Of a DNA stretch of 64,000 nucleotides, positions 18,773-27,844 are shown piece by piece. How positions within the stretch are numbered: position 1 is the stretch's first letter; the number at the start of each line of letters is the position of its first letter. The position numbers were made by a program, and so were the translations under genes. Below the pieces are notes generated by a model. It was not told the DNA's origin, made no database searches, and was given only the letters and a program-made list of their open reading frames with translations. Source of the DNA: a virus; the IMG/VR virus record IMGVR_UViG_3300026097_000010, positions 64,001 to 128,000 of that record; one strand, written 5' to 3'.

Positions 18773-19429
18773 TTAAATGGTAGTTTTTTGAGTCATTTGG
18801 TTTGTATATATAGTGTCTCCAAAAGTTTTACCTAACTCTTCGTAGGTGATATGCTTTAAATTTTGAAGTTGTGGACCTAATTTATCAGGAATAAATGCAT
18901 TTGATTCGATAACCCTATAAAAATTAATTTTTTTGAATTCTTTTATGGTTCTCTCGGTTTGGTTTAGCCAATTACCAAAAAATGTTGCCGAATCTGCTGA
19001 TTTTTTATAGTTAAACGTGTCTGCATACACATTGTTAAACTTGCCATTATCTCCTTGAAAATCAAATCCAAAGAAATAAATTTCACGATGCCCGTTGCTG
19101 GATGCAAAATGTAGAGCAGTAGGTCCGCTACTCCATCCTTTGTGCGGAGAAAATAAGTTTATTCCGTTTTTTGTAGTTAAACCTTTGTTAGGATTGGTCC
19201 ATACTTGATTATTTTTGTGATAGCCGCTAGCAATAATTTCATTAACCATCTTTACATCAACAGCTACGAGATAATGCGGTTCAAATTCTCGGTACTGTGC
19301 ATTACACCCATAAACAGTTCCGAGATTTAAAAAAGAATCAAGCTTTACATTAAGCCTGCTTCTTCCATTTCCAAAAATAAATGCTATATCTTGATTTCTA
19401 TTCTTGTGGTGCTTCAACTGGGTTACCAT
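18773..19429 (-). CDS. Maf/DUF115/CstII-like glycosyltransferase-fold protein
   Basis: AFIFGNGRSR, VYGCNA..PHYLVAVD and SSGPTALHFA..GHREIYFFGFD match the GNGxS...CN...SG...A...G.xEIYxxGFD pattern of this fold. Exact start uncertain. Confidence 0.6.
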   Translation of the reverse strand: MVTQLKHHKNRNQDIAFIFGNGRSRLNVKLDSFLNLGTVYGCNAQYREFEPHYLVAVDVKMVNEIIASGYHKNNQVWTNPNKGLTTKNGINLFSPHKGWSSGPTALHFASSNGHREIYFFGFDFQGDNGKFNNVYADTFNYKKSADSATFFGNWLNQTERTIKEFKKINFYRVIESNAFIPDKLGPQLQNLKHITYEELGKTFGDTIYTNQMTQKTTI

Positions 19430-19640
19430 ACATCTGTTTAATAAACTCCAGCTCAGATTCTTTTTCTGCTTCGTGTGCTTCAGATTGTAAACGCATCTGA
19501 TTGATTTGTTTAAGGGTTAGACGAATTTTTCTTGTGTCAGAACGCTTGAGAACCGAGCTGTCACGCTTGTTATCATATCTGCGATCGACCGCAAAGTCGT
19601 TTACGTCACTGTTAAAATATAAAAATTCGTTTAAAAGCAT
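19398..19640 (-). CDS. Small head-module protein (80 aa)
   Basis: MLLNEF start, RKIRLTLKQINQMR...QMYG; immediately downstream of portal. Confidence 0.7.
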   Translation of the reverse strand: MLLNEFLYFNSDVNDFAVDRRYDNKRDSSVLKRSDTRKIRLTLKQINQMRLQSEAHEAEKESELEFIKQMYGNPVEAPQE

Positions 19641-19645
19641 AGTTG

Positions 19646-19652
19646 TATTTAT
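19646..19652 (-). promoter_or_regulatory. Late promoter box ATAAATA overlapping the portal stop codon
   Basis: TA-ATAAATA-CAACT-ATG. Confidence 0.65.
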
Positions 19653-21373
19653 TACGCTGGAGGTTCTTCTGGTGGTGCGGCTTCGCCACCTTCTGCAGGT
19701 GCGGCTCCGCCTTCTTCTGCTGGCGGTGCTTCCATTCCTTCCGGAGCTTCTGCGTCAATTGCACCAGCTTCGTCTGCCATTCCTCCAGCTGTAATTCCTG
19801 CTGATCGCATTTCACCGGCAGCATCAGGTGCTGGAGTTAGATTGTTTCCGTTTTCTTCTTTCCACAATCTTTCATTTTCTGCAATTTCTTCTGGGGTTAG
19901 CCCTAAGAAACGCTTCATAGCAAAACGTTTGGAAAGATAAGGAACTTGAGATATCGCACCATAAAGGTTAGCACGAGTAGTATCAAGTTCAGCCTGTCGA
20001 TATGCCGCAAAGTTTTGCGGCGGATTAAACTTCAGTTCGAACAAACTAGGATCAATATTGTATCCGCTTGTGTGCAACCAAAGTTTAAACTCTTGATCCA
20101 ACGGTTCTATAAGCATACTCTGAAGTCTCTTACAGTATTCGTTGAATCTTAATTCTTGAATATATGCTGTGCCAACCTTGCCATCTGCTACTGTGTTAGG
20201 CTGTTCGTCAATTGCGGTTGGCAAATAACTTGCAGGAATACGCAGGGCACGGAATAATTTGTTTGTGAAATATCTTAGATCGGTAATTTCACCTAGGTTA
20301 GTACCACCTGGAAGTGTTTCTACTTTAGATCCTCTGCCTTCTGCTGTCTGCGGAAAGAAATAATCTTCATTTGTTGAAAGAGGATTGTAGCTAGCATCAA
20401 CAATTGAGTTGCCGCCACCAGTTGAACTTGGAATTCTACGCTGTTGAATCTCATTTTTTACCCTTTCAACAAAACTCATTGCCATATGTGCTGGCATATT
20501 ACCAACATCCACATAGAAAATACGTCTTTCTGGGGCTCTCTGAATACGATAAATGATAATTGCGTCTTCTAACAGTTCTTTTTGCTTGTAAACTTTAAAA
20601 ACTGATTCTAAAAGTGAATTTCCAAAAGGATAATTGTTGTCTAGACCTTCGGAAATTGAAATATGCAATACGTGTTCTGCGTCAACGGTGGTTTCATCTT
20701 GTTCAGTTTGAAATCTTGTACCTGGAGATCTTGCAGCATCACCCACATAGCCTCTGCCGAAGCCTCCACCGCTAGTATACGAACTAGTTCCACTAGGCTG
20801 TGTGTTCTGTGTACCGTGCGGAGTAGTTGCTAACAGATCTTTGAAGTTAAAATTAATATCTTTGACTACATACTGTTCAGGAATCTTGCCTTCTGATTCG
20901 TTGACAATAATTTTCGATACTTTGGCCGCATCAACAAACAGCAATTTTTTAGTTTCGGGGTCTCTTACAAAGAAAGTGTCTCCGTATTTGAATGCATTTC
21001 TAACAATACGAAAAATTCTGTTTTCTAATTGCTGTAATTTAACCCATTTTTGCAAAGCTTCTTTTAGAAGTTTGGTTTCGGTGTTAGTAGGCTGTCCTCT
21101 AAAAAAGAATTGAAACGGTGTTGCGTTTTCTGTGTCTTTTTGTGTGCAGAATTCAGCAAGAATATCAAGAGCCGCATTAACTTCCGAGTCCATATCCATT
21201 GTGTCATACTGAATATAGCGTTCTGTTCTGTTTGGAGCACCCGCATATACATCTGGTAGGTACGAACTGTAGTTTGATCTAGCCGGACCTGGTCTGCCGT
21301 TACCGCCCAATGGGCTGTAGGTTCCGTCTTGATTGTCAACGTTGACGGGAGTAAAATATTTTTTCCAAGACAT
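19652..21373 (-). CDS. gp20: Portal vertex protein (T4 gp20 family)
   Basis: LLEDAIIIYRIQRAPERRIFYVDVGNMP, EDYFFPQ..GRGSKVETLPGG.NLGEI.D..YF and ELRF motifs. Confidence 0.97.
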   Translation of the reverse strand: MSWKKYFTPVNVDNQDGTYSPLGGNGRPGPARSNYSSYLPDVYAGAPNRTERYIQYDTMDMDSEVNAALDILAEFCTQKDTENATPFQFFFRGQPTNTETKLLKEALQKWVKLQQLENRIFRIVRNAFKYGDTFFVRDPETKKLLFVDAAKVSKIIVNESEGKIPEQYVVKDINFNFKDLLATTPHGTQNTQPSGTSSYTSGGGFGRGYVGDAARSPGTRFQTEQDETTVDAEHVLHISISEGLDNNYPFGNSLLESVFKVYKQKELLEDAIIIYRIQRAPERRIFYVDVGNMPAHMAMSFVERVKNEIQQRRIPSSTGGGNSIVDASYNPLSTNEDYFFPQTAEGRGSKVETLPGGTNLGEITDLRYFTNKLFRALRIPASYLPTAIDEQPNTVADGKVGTAYIQELRFNEYCKRLQSMLIEPLDQEFKLWLHTSGYNIDPSLFELKFNPPQNFAAYRQAELDTTRANLYGAISQVPYLSKRFAMKRFLGLTPEEIAENERLWKEENGNNLTPAPDAAGEMRSAGITAGGMADEAGAIDAEAPEGMEAPPAEEGGAAPAEGGEAAPPEEPPA

Positions 21374-21385
21374 ATATTTCTCTGT

Positions 21386-24043
21386 TTACACTGACTGGAA
21401 TAAATCGCCAGTCATTCCTCTTACTGCTCTTAATTGATCTTCTTGTAGCCTATTATTAATTGCCATTAATCTTATCAGCTGATTAATGTTAGTATTTAAT
21501 TGATCTGATGCAGAACTTCCTCCAGACTGAGCAACTGTTTCTGCCGCTGTTTCGGCTGCCTGCTTAGTAGAATCCGCATCTGCCATTTCTTGTTCTTGAG
21601 TAATAGCACTGTCTCTTCCTGCGTCAACACTAGCAACACTTGATCTTTTATCTTTAATAGCTCCTTGTGGATTTAACGCCAGTTGCTTTTGCTCTTCGTC
21701 TGTTAATTTATCTTTAACGAAGCCACTGCCTTGTGCTGTAGCTTCGTCGAGTAGTGTCTGCAATGGATCTGAATAGTCTCGCTTGGTACCGGTCACAGCT
21801 TTGGCAATTTTTTCTTCTTCTCGCTGATTCATTTTAAGCCCAGCGAGTCTGTCTTCCATTGTTTTTGTAGTTTTGTGTTGTTGATGTATTCTTGCTTCGT
21901 CCTCAGCTTGTGCAACTTTGGCAGCAATTTTCTTTAACTGAATCTGTTCATCTTCGACAGCTTCTGTTTTGTTACGCATCCTTTCTTTCGTAGCTAAATC
22001 TCTTCGTCTAGCGGCTGCTTCTTCTTCGCTTAAACCTGCGGCACCGAATGTAATTGTGTTTATTGCCTCGCCTAGGTCAATCATTAGTCGTTCGTACCCA
22101 GTAGCTAGATAATTAAAGAAATCGTCAAATCCATCTTTTATACTGGCAATTAGATAATGAAATCCTTCTTTACTGATGTAGGTTCTTAGTGTATCCCAAG
22201 TTGTGCTAATTGCATCTCCTAGTCCTTTGAATACACCGCTTAAAAATTCTGAATTTGCAATAAAACCAGTGACCATATCTATAAGACCGATAAATCCACC
22301 GATGGCAAATTTAACAACTTCGCCTAAAAATTCAAATGCACCGCTAACATAGTCCCCTACTTCGAGTAATTTCCTGCCTAAAAAGTCTGCTCCGCCGAAC
22401 AAATCTAGTATTTTCAAATACAAAGACTGGAACGGCTCTATTAAACTTAAAGAAGTAGTGACTACACTTTCAAAAACGTTTCTTAGAGCAAGCACTGTTG
22501 CTTCTAGCATTGGCCAAATTGCACTGGCAAAGTTCATTATGCCGTCGCTAACACGCTGAAATGCCGGAACAAAAAGATCTCGGAACATCGGAACAATAAG
22601 AGTTTGAACTACTGTCGCCATCATTCCAAACATATCCATAAGATGTGGAATTAATCCACTGGTTGCTAGAACTTCTTTGAATCCGTTTGAAAATTCTGCT
22701 AGCTGTTGTTTAGCGGCATTAATTTGTTCATTAAATCCATCAGTGCCAGCTTTTGCAGCTCCTTGTGCATTAGCGGCATCTAACACAGCATCTCTCTGTA
22801 GCCTTGATGTGGCAGTTAATGAATTGACCACGCCTGCTAATTCTGGAACGGCAGCACCAGCAGTTTTAATCCTTTGTAGATTTCTTGCACCTTCCTGTTG
22901 CATTAGATTATTAAGAGCATTTCTTTCTTGATCTGAAATCTTTTCTCCTCTCTGCATTCTAGAGTGAAAATCTTGCAACATGGCTGCGGATTCTGGCATT
23001 TGAGCCATTAATTTTTGACTTTCTTCCGAAGTTGCTGTTCCTGTTGCTAAAATATCTTTTGCAAAATCACCTAACTCTTGTGTAGGCATTTGTCCTATCA
23101 AATTACCAAAACTTTTTCTAACATCTTCGTTAAGTCCGGCCATTGACGCTTGGAACTGTGCATCTTTAAGTAATCTTTCACGTTCTGCTTCTTTAGCCTT
23201 GCGTTCTTGTCCTGTAATTTTAGCAAGAGCATCCATTTCTTTTAGATAATCCTGTGTTCCTGACACAAGCTCATCATTATTTTTTGTGTTTTGCATACCT
23301 TGTAATCTAAGATTACGGGCATAATTTGCAAGGCCTTCATTGATTGATTCGGTTGAAAACCCTAGAGCATACAGACCGTCTGAACTGGTTCTTAAAGATC
23401 TAGACAGAGTAGCAAATCTTCTTGCACCTTCAGTGGTAGTGCTTCCTAGGGCAACCATTGCTTCACCGTTTTGTGCAATTAGTCCTGCAAACGCATCTAG
23501 AGTCATACCAGCGGCTGATGCACTTCGTGTCATCTCACTTACACTACCGCCAAAATCTGCACCACTAGCTGTTGCTTGTTGGAAATTCTGAGCCATTGCT
23601 TCAGCTTGTCCGGCTACCGCACCGAACACCGTAGCCAATACACCGCCTACTATAGGAATATGATTAAGTGTTTGAGCGGCAGATGTCAAACTATCACCTA
23701 CATTGGCAAATTCGTCGATAACTTTTGTTGATTCTTCTGCTAATCTAGTAAATCCGCCAACTACATATCCGGCACCGGCAGCAACTAAACCTAAACCTTT
23801 ACCTACCACTCCAACAGTGCCAGATAATCCGCTTAGTGCTTTAGATGCCGCGTTAGCCGTTCCTCCAGAACCGCCGATGGCACCAATACCTCCGCCGCCG
23901 CCAGCTCCGCCTCCGCCAGCTCCGCCGCCACCGGCTCCACTACCTTTCATTAGGGTTACTAGTTCTCTGAGAGTAGATTCAGATGCGGCATTATTTGCTT
24001 CAACTGCACCAACGCCTGGAATATCTACGGTTACTGTTGCCAT
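21386..24043 (-). CDS. Putative tail tape-measure protein (885 aa)
   Basis: Long Ala/Gly/Gln-rich helical protein with amphipathic/hydrophobic mid-region, adjacent to gp26/gp51-like chaperone genes. Confidence 0.6.
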   Translation of the reverse strand: MATVTVDIPGVGAVEANNAASESTLRELVTLMKGSGAGGGGAGGGGAGGGGGIGAIGGSGGTANAASKALSGLSGTVGVVGKGLGLVAAGAGYVVGGFTRLAEESTKVIDEFANVGDSLTSAAQTLNHIPIVGGVLATVFGAVAGQAEAMAQNFQQATASGADFGGSVSEMTRSASAAGMTLDAFAGLIAQNGEAMVALGSTTTEGARRFATLSRSLRTSSDGLYALGFSTESINEGLANYARNLRLQGMQNTKNNDELVSGTQDYLKEMDALAKITGQERKAKEAERERLLKDAQFQASMAGLNEDVRKSFGNLIGQMPTQELGDFAKDILATGTATSEESQKLMAQMPESAAMLQDFHSRMQRGEKISDQERNALNNLMQQEGARNLQRIKTAGAAVPELAGVVNSLTATSRLQRDAVLDAANAQGAAKAGTDGFNEQINAAKQQLAEFSNGFKEVLATSGLIPHLMDMFGMMATVVQTLIVPMFRDLFVPAFQRVSDGIMNFASAIWPMLEATVLALRNVFESVVTTSLSLIEPFQSLYLKILDLFGGADFLGRKLLEVGDYVSGAFEFLGEVVKFAIGGFIGLIDMVTGFIANSEFLSGVFKGLGDAISTTWDTLRTYISKEGFHYLIASIKDGFDDFFNYLATGYERLMIDLGEAINTITFGAAGLSEEEAAARRRDLATKERMRNKTEAVEDEQIQLKKIAAKVAQAEDEARIHQQHKTTKTMEDRLAGLKMNQREEEKIAKAVTGTKRDYSDPLQTLLDEATAQGSGFVKDKLTDEEQKQLALNPQGAIKDKRSSVASVDAGRDSAITQEQEMADADSTKQAAETAAETVAQSGGSSASDQLNTNINQLIRLMAINNRLQEDQLRAVRGMTGDLFQSV

Positions 24044-24069
24044 TAATTAAAATCCTAGAAATATGCGTA

Positions 24070-24077
24070 TATAAATA
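24070..24077 (+). promoter_or_regulatory. Late promoter TATAAATA for the gp26-like gene
   Basis: Exact T4 late consensus, followed by GGAG SD and ATG 24112. Confidence 0.8.
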
Positions 24078-24093
24078 TACTGAGTTCGTAATG

Positions 24094-24100
24094 TATTTAT
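24094..24100 (-). promoter_or_regulatory. Late promoter ATAAATA for the tape-measure/portal operon
   Basis: Opposite-strand box facing the plus-strand promoter. Confidence 0.65.
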
Positions 24101-24111
24101 TGGAGAAAAAG

Positions 24112-24957
24112 ATGACTGATTTACAAAATCAAGGAAATTTGTTAAGTCAATACTATAGACAGCCTAAAATTTATATAAGATTGCCTTCTAATGGCGAATT
24201 TTACCCCGATGGAGCACTTGATAAAAGTGAAAACGGTGAGTATGCCGTATACGGCATGACAGCAAAGGACGAACTAATGTTTAAAACGCCCGATGCACTG
24301 TTAAGCGGCCAAAGCACCGTGGAAGTAATTAAAAGCTGTGTACCTGCTATTAAAGACCCTTGGCAAATGCCTACCTTAGATGTAGACACAGTGTTAGTTG
24401 CTATTAGAATTGCAACATTCGGCGATAAAATGGAAATGTCTTCTACTTGTACAGAATGCACAGAATCAAATGACTACGAACTAGACTTAACTAATCTTCT
24501 ATCTAGCTTAGGCAACATCGAATATAACTCAGTTATCGATGTTGATCCTTTAAAAATACATATACGTCCTTATACATACCGAGAAATGACAAAAACTGCT
24601 TTAAAGACTTTTGAACAACAAAGAATCTTTCAAATTATCAACGACGACTCGATGTCCGACGAACAAAAAGTCGATATGTTTGGTCAAAGTTTTGTAAAAA
24701 TTACAGAACTTTCGGTAGATATCATTGCAGGTTGTATCTATGCAATCGAAACACCTCAAGGCACTGTGCAAGATCAAGCACAAATTAAAGATTTTATCAA
24801 TAATACAACTAAAGAAATATTTGACACAATTAGCAATCATATTCAAGCAATGAAAAGTCGTAACGAAATCGAGCCTGTCGACGTTACCTGTACAGGTTGT
24901 GGACATGAATACAAACAACCGTTTACGATGGATCAAGCAAATTTTTTCGATCGATGA
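24112..24957 (+). CDS. gp26: Baseplate hub assembly/tail chaperone protein (T4 gp26-like)
   Basis: IYIRLPS.G..Y, MTAKDE, DVDTVLVAIRIAT.G, two CxxC motifs, C-terminal NFF. Start moved to 24112 (GGAG SD, downstream of promoter). Confidence 0.7.
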   Translation: MTDLQNQGNLLSQYYRQPKIYIRLPSNGEFYPDGALDKSENGEYAVYGMTAKDELMFKTPDALLSGQSTVEVIKSCVPAIKDPWQMPTLDVDTVLVAIRIATFGDKMEMSSTCTECTESNDYELDLTNLLSSLGNIEYNSVIDVDPLKIHIRPYTYREMTKTALKTFEQQRIFQIINDDSMSDEQKVDMFGQSFVKITELSVDIIAGCIYAIETPQGTVQDQAQIKDFINNTTKEIFDTISNHIQAMKSRNEIEPVDVTCTGCGHEYKQPFTMDQANFFDR

Positions 24958-25175
24958 TCCTTACGCAAACCGAGTCTGAAATTAGAGATTTTTCAGAGCG
25001 TTTGGATCAAGATGCCAAGGCAATTAAAAAAGAAGCATTAAAAATGTCTTGGTATATGAGAGGAATGGGCTACTCGGAAGCTATGAATTTATCCTACGAC
25101 GAACGAGAAATAGTATCAGACATTATCAAAGAAAACCTAGAAACAACTAAGAAGTCAGGACTACCGTTCTTTTAA
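24954..25175 (+). CDS. gp51-like small hub assembly protein; possible -1 frameshift extension of the gp26-like ORF
   Basis: WYMRG.MGYSEAMNLSYDEREI motif; ATGA overlap, no clear SD, slippery site upstream. Confidence 0.6.
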   Translation: MILTQTESEIRDFSERLDQDAKAIKKEALKMSWYMRGMGYSEAMNLSYDEREIVSDIIKENLETTKKSGLPFF

Positions 25176-26002
25176 GCGGTAGTCGCTGTTGCTGTCTTCG
25201 GTTTTGGAGTAATCTTAGGTTGTTTTTTACCAACCTGTGAAGTCATATTGGTAAATTTTTGGTTGTAGCCCATTTGCTGTCCTGCTTTTTGACCCGTTGT
25301 TGCTGTACTTGCTGTACTTGATGTAGCATCTTTTGCTGTATTTCCACCTTGAGCAGTTGTGTTCTGTGTTTGATCACCGCCTTGAACATTAATATTAATG
25401 TTGTTAGGCTGTGTTGGAGACTGTTGTTGCTGTTGTTGATCTTGTCCAGAACCTTTTTTAGCGTCTAACCCTGCAATTTCTTTTTCTAGCATTTTTCTAA
25501 TTTGTGCTCTTTGCTGTCCAGTTAATCCTGATAGCATATCCTGAGCTTGTTTGTAATTTGTAGCTCTGTTTGGATCCGGTTCTGGAGTTGGAGTTGGTCC
25601 AGGAGTTGGCGTTGGCGTTGGAGTCGGTCCGGGTGTTGGCGTTGGAGTCGGTCCGGGTGTTGGTGTTGGCTGTGGAGTAACTCCTTGAGTACCACCAGCT
25701 CCGCCACTTGTTCCATCAGCACCATCAGCACCATCAGCACCGTCTTTTCCAGAATCGCCATCACTTCCGCCGTCTAAGCTTGTAGTCTTGTAACCTGCTT
25801 TAACACCTTTAGTAAATGCTTTACCTAACCCTGCTAGACCTCCAATTGCGGCACCAGCACCTTTAGCAACTGTACCTGCGGCTGTGCCAGCACCTTTAAC
25901 TATCTTACCACCAATTTCTTTGGCTTTATCTAGCTTAGGACCTTCTGCCAGATATTCTAGTTCGTTAATTTCAGATTCTGTTAAAAAGTCATTGAATTTC
26001 AT
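25172..26002 (-). CDS. Low-complexity putative internal head protein (276 aa) with Pro-Thr repeats
   Basis: MKFNDFLTESEINE N-terminus; Gly/Ala-rich segment; (PT)n and Qn tracts. Confidence 0.6.
   Translation of the reverse strand: MKFNDFLTESEINELEYLAEGPKLDKAKEIGGKIVKGAGTAAGTVAKGAGAAIGGLAGLGKAFTKGVKAGYKTTSLDGGSDGDSGKDGADGADGADGTSGGAGGTQGVTPQPTPTPGPTPTPTPGPTPTPTPTPGPTPTPEPDPNRATNYKQAQDMLSGLTGQQRAQIRKMLEKEIAGLDAKKGSGQDQQQQQQSPTQPNNININVQGGDQTQNTTAQGGNTAKDATSSTASTATTGQKAGQQMGYNQKFTNMTSQVGKKQPKITPKPKTATATTA
25584..25741 (-). repeat. Coding tandem repeats (PTPTPGPT and DGA units)
   Basis: 24-nt unit GTCCGGGTGTTGGCGTTGGAGTCG and 9-nt unit ACCATCAGC repeated on the plus strand. Confidence 0.8.
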
Positions 26003-27795
26003 GCTGTTGGTCCTGTTGTTTGATATCCACCTTGTTTAATTCCTGCTGGTTGGGTAGCTGGTTTCTTAGCAGGAGCTTTTGTCGTTGTAGAAGATGGTTG
26101 CGATCTACCTAGATATTTTAAAAGTCTACGCTTGTCTTTTGCTGTTAATTTGGCAATATGAGCTTTAACGTCGTTATACGAAAATCCTTGAGCGGCTTTC
26201 TTTCCACCAGCTCCGCCTGTTTGGCCAGTAGGAGATGTTTTTCCTCCAGTAGCACCACCTGTTTGGCTAGCACCACCGTCTTTTGCTTTTGTAGCATTAT
26301 CTTGTTTTGCGTTAGGATCAGTTTGCTTAGGTGCCGCAGGAACTTTCAATTTCATTTGCTTGTATACTGGAGTAATTACTTCGTCGTTAACTCCTTGCTG
26401 ACGTAAAAAGTTTGCCAATTCATTTGAATCTGTAGGCGATCCTGCTTTTTTCCACGCTTTGTTTAGTTTATCTGCGGTAATTTTTGTGGTTAGATTCTTG
26501 CCCATTCGTGAAAAGAAGCCAGGCTTCTTTTCTTTTTGTTCAGGCTCACCTTCGGGTGCTGGCTTAGCATCTTGCTCTGCTTCTGCTTCAGAAAGTATTT
26601 GGATTCTTTCCAGTGTGTTAAAGACCAAATAAACCTGTCCTTCACTGAGTTTAGACTTGTAAAACTCTGTGCTTTCTTTTTTAGATTCACCGTCTTGCAC
26701 AGGTTCACCTTCAACTTTAACATCTTTGCTGTCAAATTTACCTTGTATTGAACCTTGTGCTAGTGCCGCGACAGCATCGTTAACTTTAGTCATTCCTTGT
26801 AAAAACGCATCGTTCTGTTGAGCAACTTCTTTTGCTACAGCATTAATAGCATTTACATTGTCTAAGTATTCGTTAACATCGAACGAATCAGCAAACATTG
26901 ATATTTCTCTAAATGCATCTACATCACCTGCGGCTGCTTTTTCTACAAGAGCCTGTAGTTCAGGCACCATGTCTTCAGGAACGAATATACCAAGGATTGT
27001 GTCTTTAAATGAATAACCCGGCATTTCAAGTGTGTGGGTAAGATTTACATCTACCTTGGCTATTCCAGGTGCTTTATCGTACGGAATAACATCGGCTCTG
27101 ATACCTTCTAGCCAATCGCCAATTCCTTCCAGTGCCCAACCTGCCATAGCACCATATGCAGCAGTCTTTACTGACTTACCAACGGCTGTGGATAGTTTTT
27201 CACCTTTGAGCAATTCATTGGCCGATCTTAAAAAGAAACCAGCGGCAGCACCACCTGCTGGTCCAGCGGCAAACGCCGCGGCAGCGGTTAAAATACCAAC
27301 TGCTAGACTTGCTTTTCCTGGATTGGCTTTTGCCCAATCAGAAACTGACTTGATTCTTTTTGCTACTTCGGGATTATCTGTGGAAATCTTTTTCTTTAGT
27401 TCTTCGAACTTGGCATCTATATTTTTAATAGGACCAGCATTTTGAACCATTCTGCCTAGCTCATTGATTTTATCGTCAATGGCTGATACAACTTTACCTG
27501 GTAATTTAGCGGCATCTACGCCTTTTCCTACCATGGTTCTGTTACTGCCACTTGCTGTAGCACCTTGCTCTACATTGCCAAATATCTGTTGGATTTGATC
27601 AGCTGATAATGTTGCTTCCATTAATCGCAATTCAGCAATAAGAGGTTCAAACCCATTATAAAATTCATAAACAACTTTGCGTTGCTTGGTTGTAAGTCCA
27701 CTCATTGATTCGATAAGAATCTTACGAGATTCATACATCTGTGCTTCAACAAGAGACTGTCGTGATTCTACAATTGTAACTTCATTTAGTTTCAT
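25999..27795 (-). CDS. Putative internal head/ejection protein (598 aa)
   Basis: MKLNEVTIVES N-terminus, hydrophobic SLAVGILTAAAAFAAGPAGGAAAGFF segment, late promoter upstream. Confidence 0.55.
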   Translation of the reverse strand: MKLNEVTIVESRQSLVEAQMYESRKILIESMSGLTTKQRKVVYEFYNGFEPLIAELRLMEATLSADQIQQIFGNVEQGATASGSNRTMVGKGVDAAKLPGKVVSAIDDKINELGRMVQNAGPIKNIDAKFEELKKKISTDNPEVAKRIKSVSDWAKANPGKASLAVGILTAAAAFAAGPAGGAAAGFFLRSANELLKGEKLSTAVGKSVKTAAYGAMAGWALEGIGDWLEGIRADVIPYDKAPGIAKVDVNLTHTLEMPGYSFKDTILGIFVPEDMVPELQALVEKAAAGDVDAFREISMFADSFDVNEYLDNVNAINAVAKEVAQQNDAFLQGMTKVNDAVAALAQGSIQGKFDSKDVKVEGEPVQDGESKKESTEFYKSKLSEGQVYLVFNTLERIQILSEAEAEQDAKPAPEGEPEQKEKKPGFFSRMGKNLTTKITADKLNKAWKKAGSPTDSNELANFLRQQGVNDEVITPVYKQMKLKVPAAPKQTDPNAKQDNATKAKDGGASQTGGATGGKTSPTGQTGGAGGKKAAQGFSYNDVKAHIAKLTAKDKRRLLKYLGRSQPSSTTTKAPAKKPATQPAGIKQGGYQTTGPTA

Positions 27796-27822
27796 TTTTT
27801 ATAATTCCGAAATATTATAATT

Positions 27823-27829
27823 TATTTAT
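27823..27829 (-). promoter_or_regulatory. Late promoter box ATAAATA
   Basis: About 28 nt upstream of ATG 27795. Confidence 0.7.
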
Positions 27830-27844
27830 CGCATATTAACTAGA

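Noticed and set aside
23983-24111. ORF-track N-terminal extension of the gp26-like gene
   Set aside because: It overlaps the divergent gene and both promoters; the SD supports ATG 24112.
25584-25741. Tandem repeats as a CRISPR-like array
   Set aside because: Unit lengths are multiples of 3, encode Pro-Thr and Asp-Gly-Ala linkers, and have no unique spacers.
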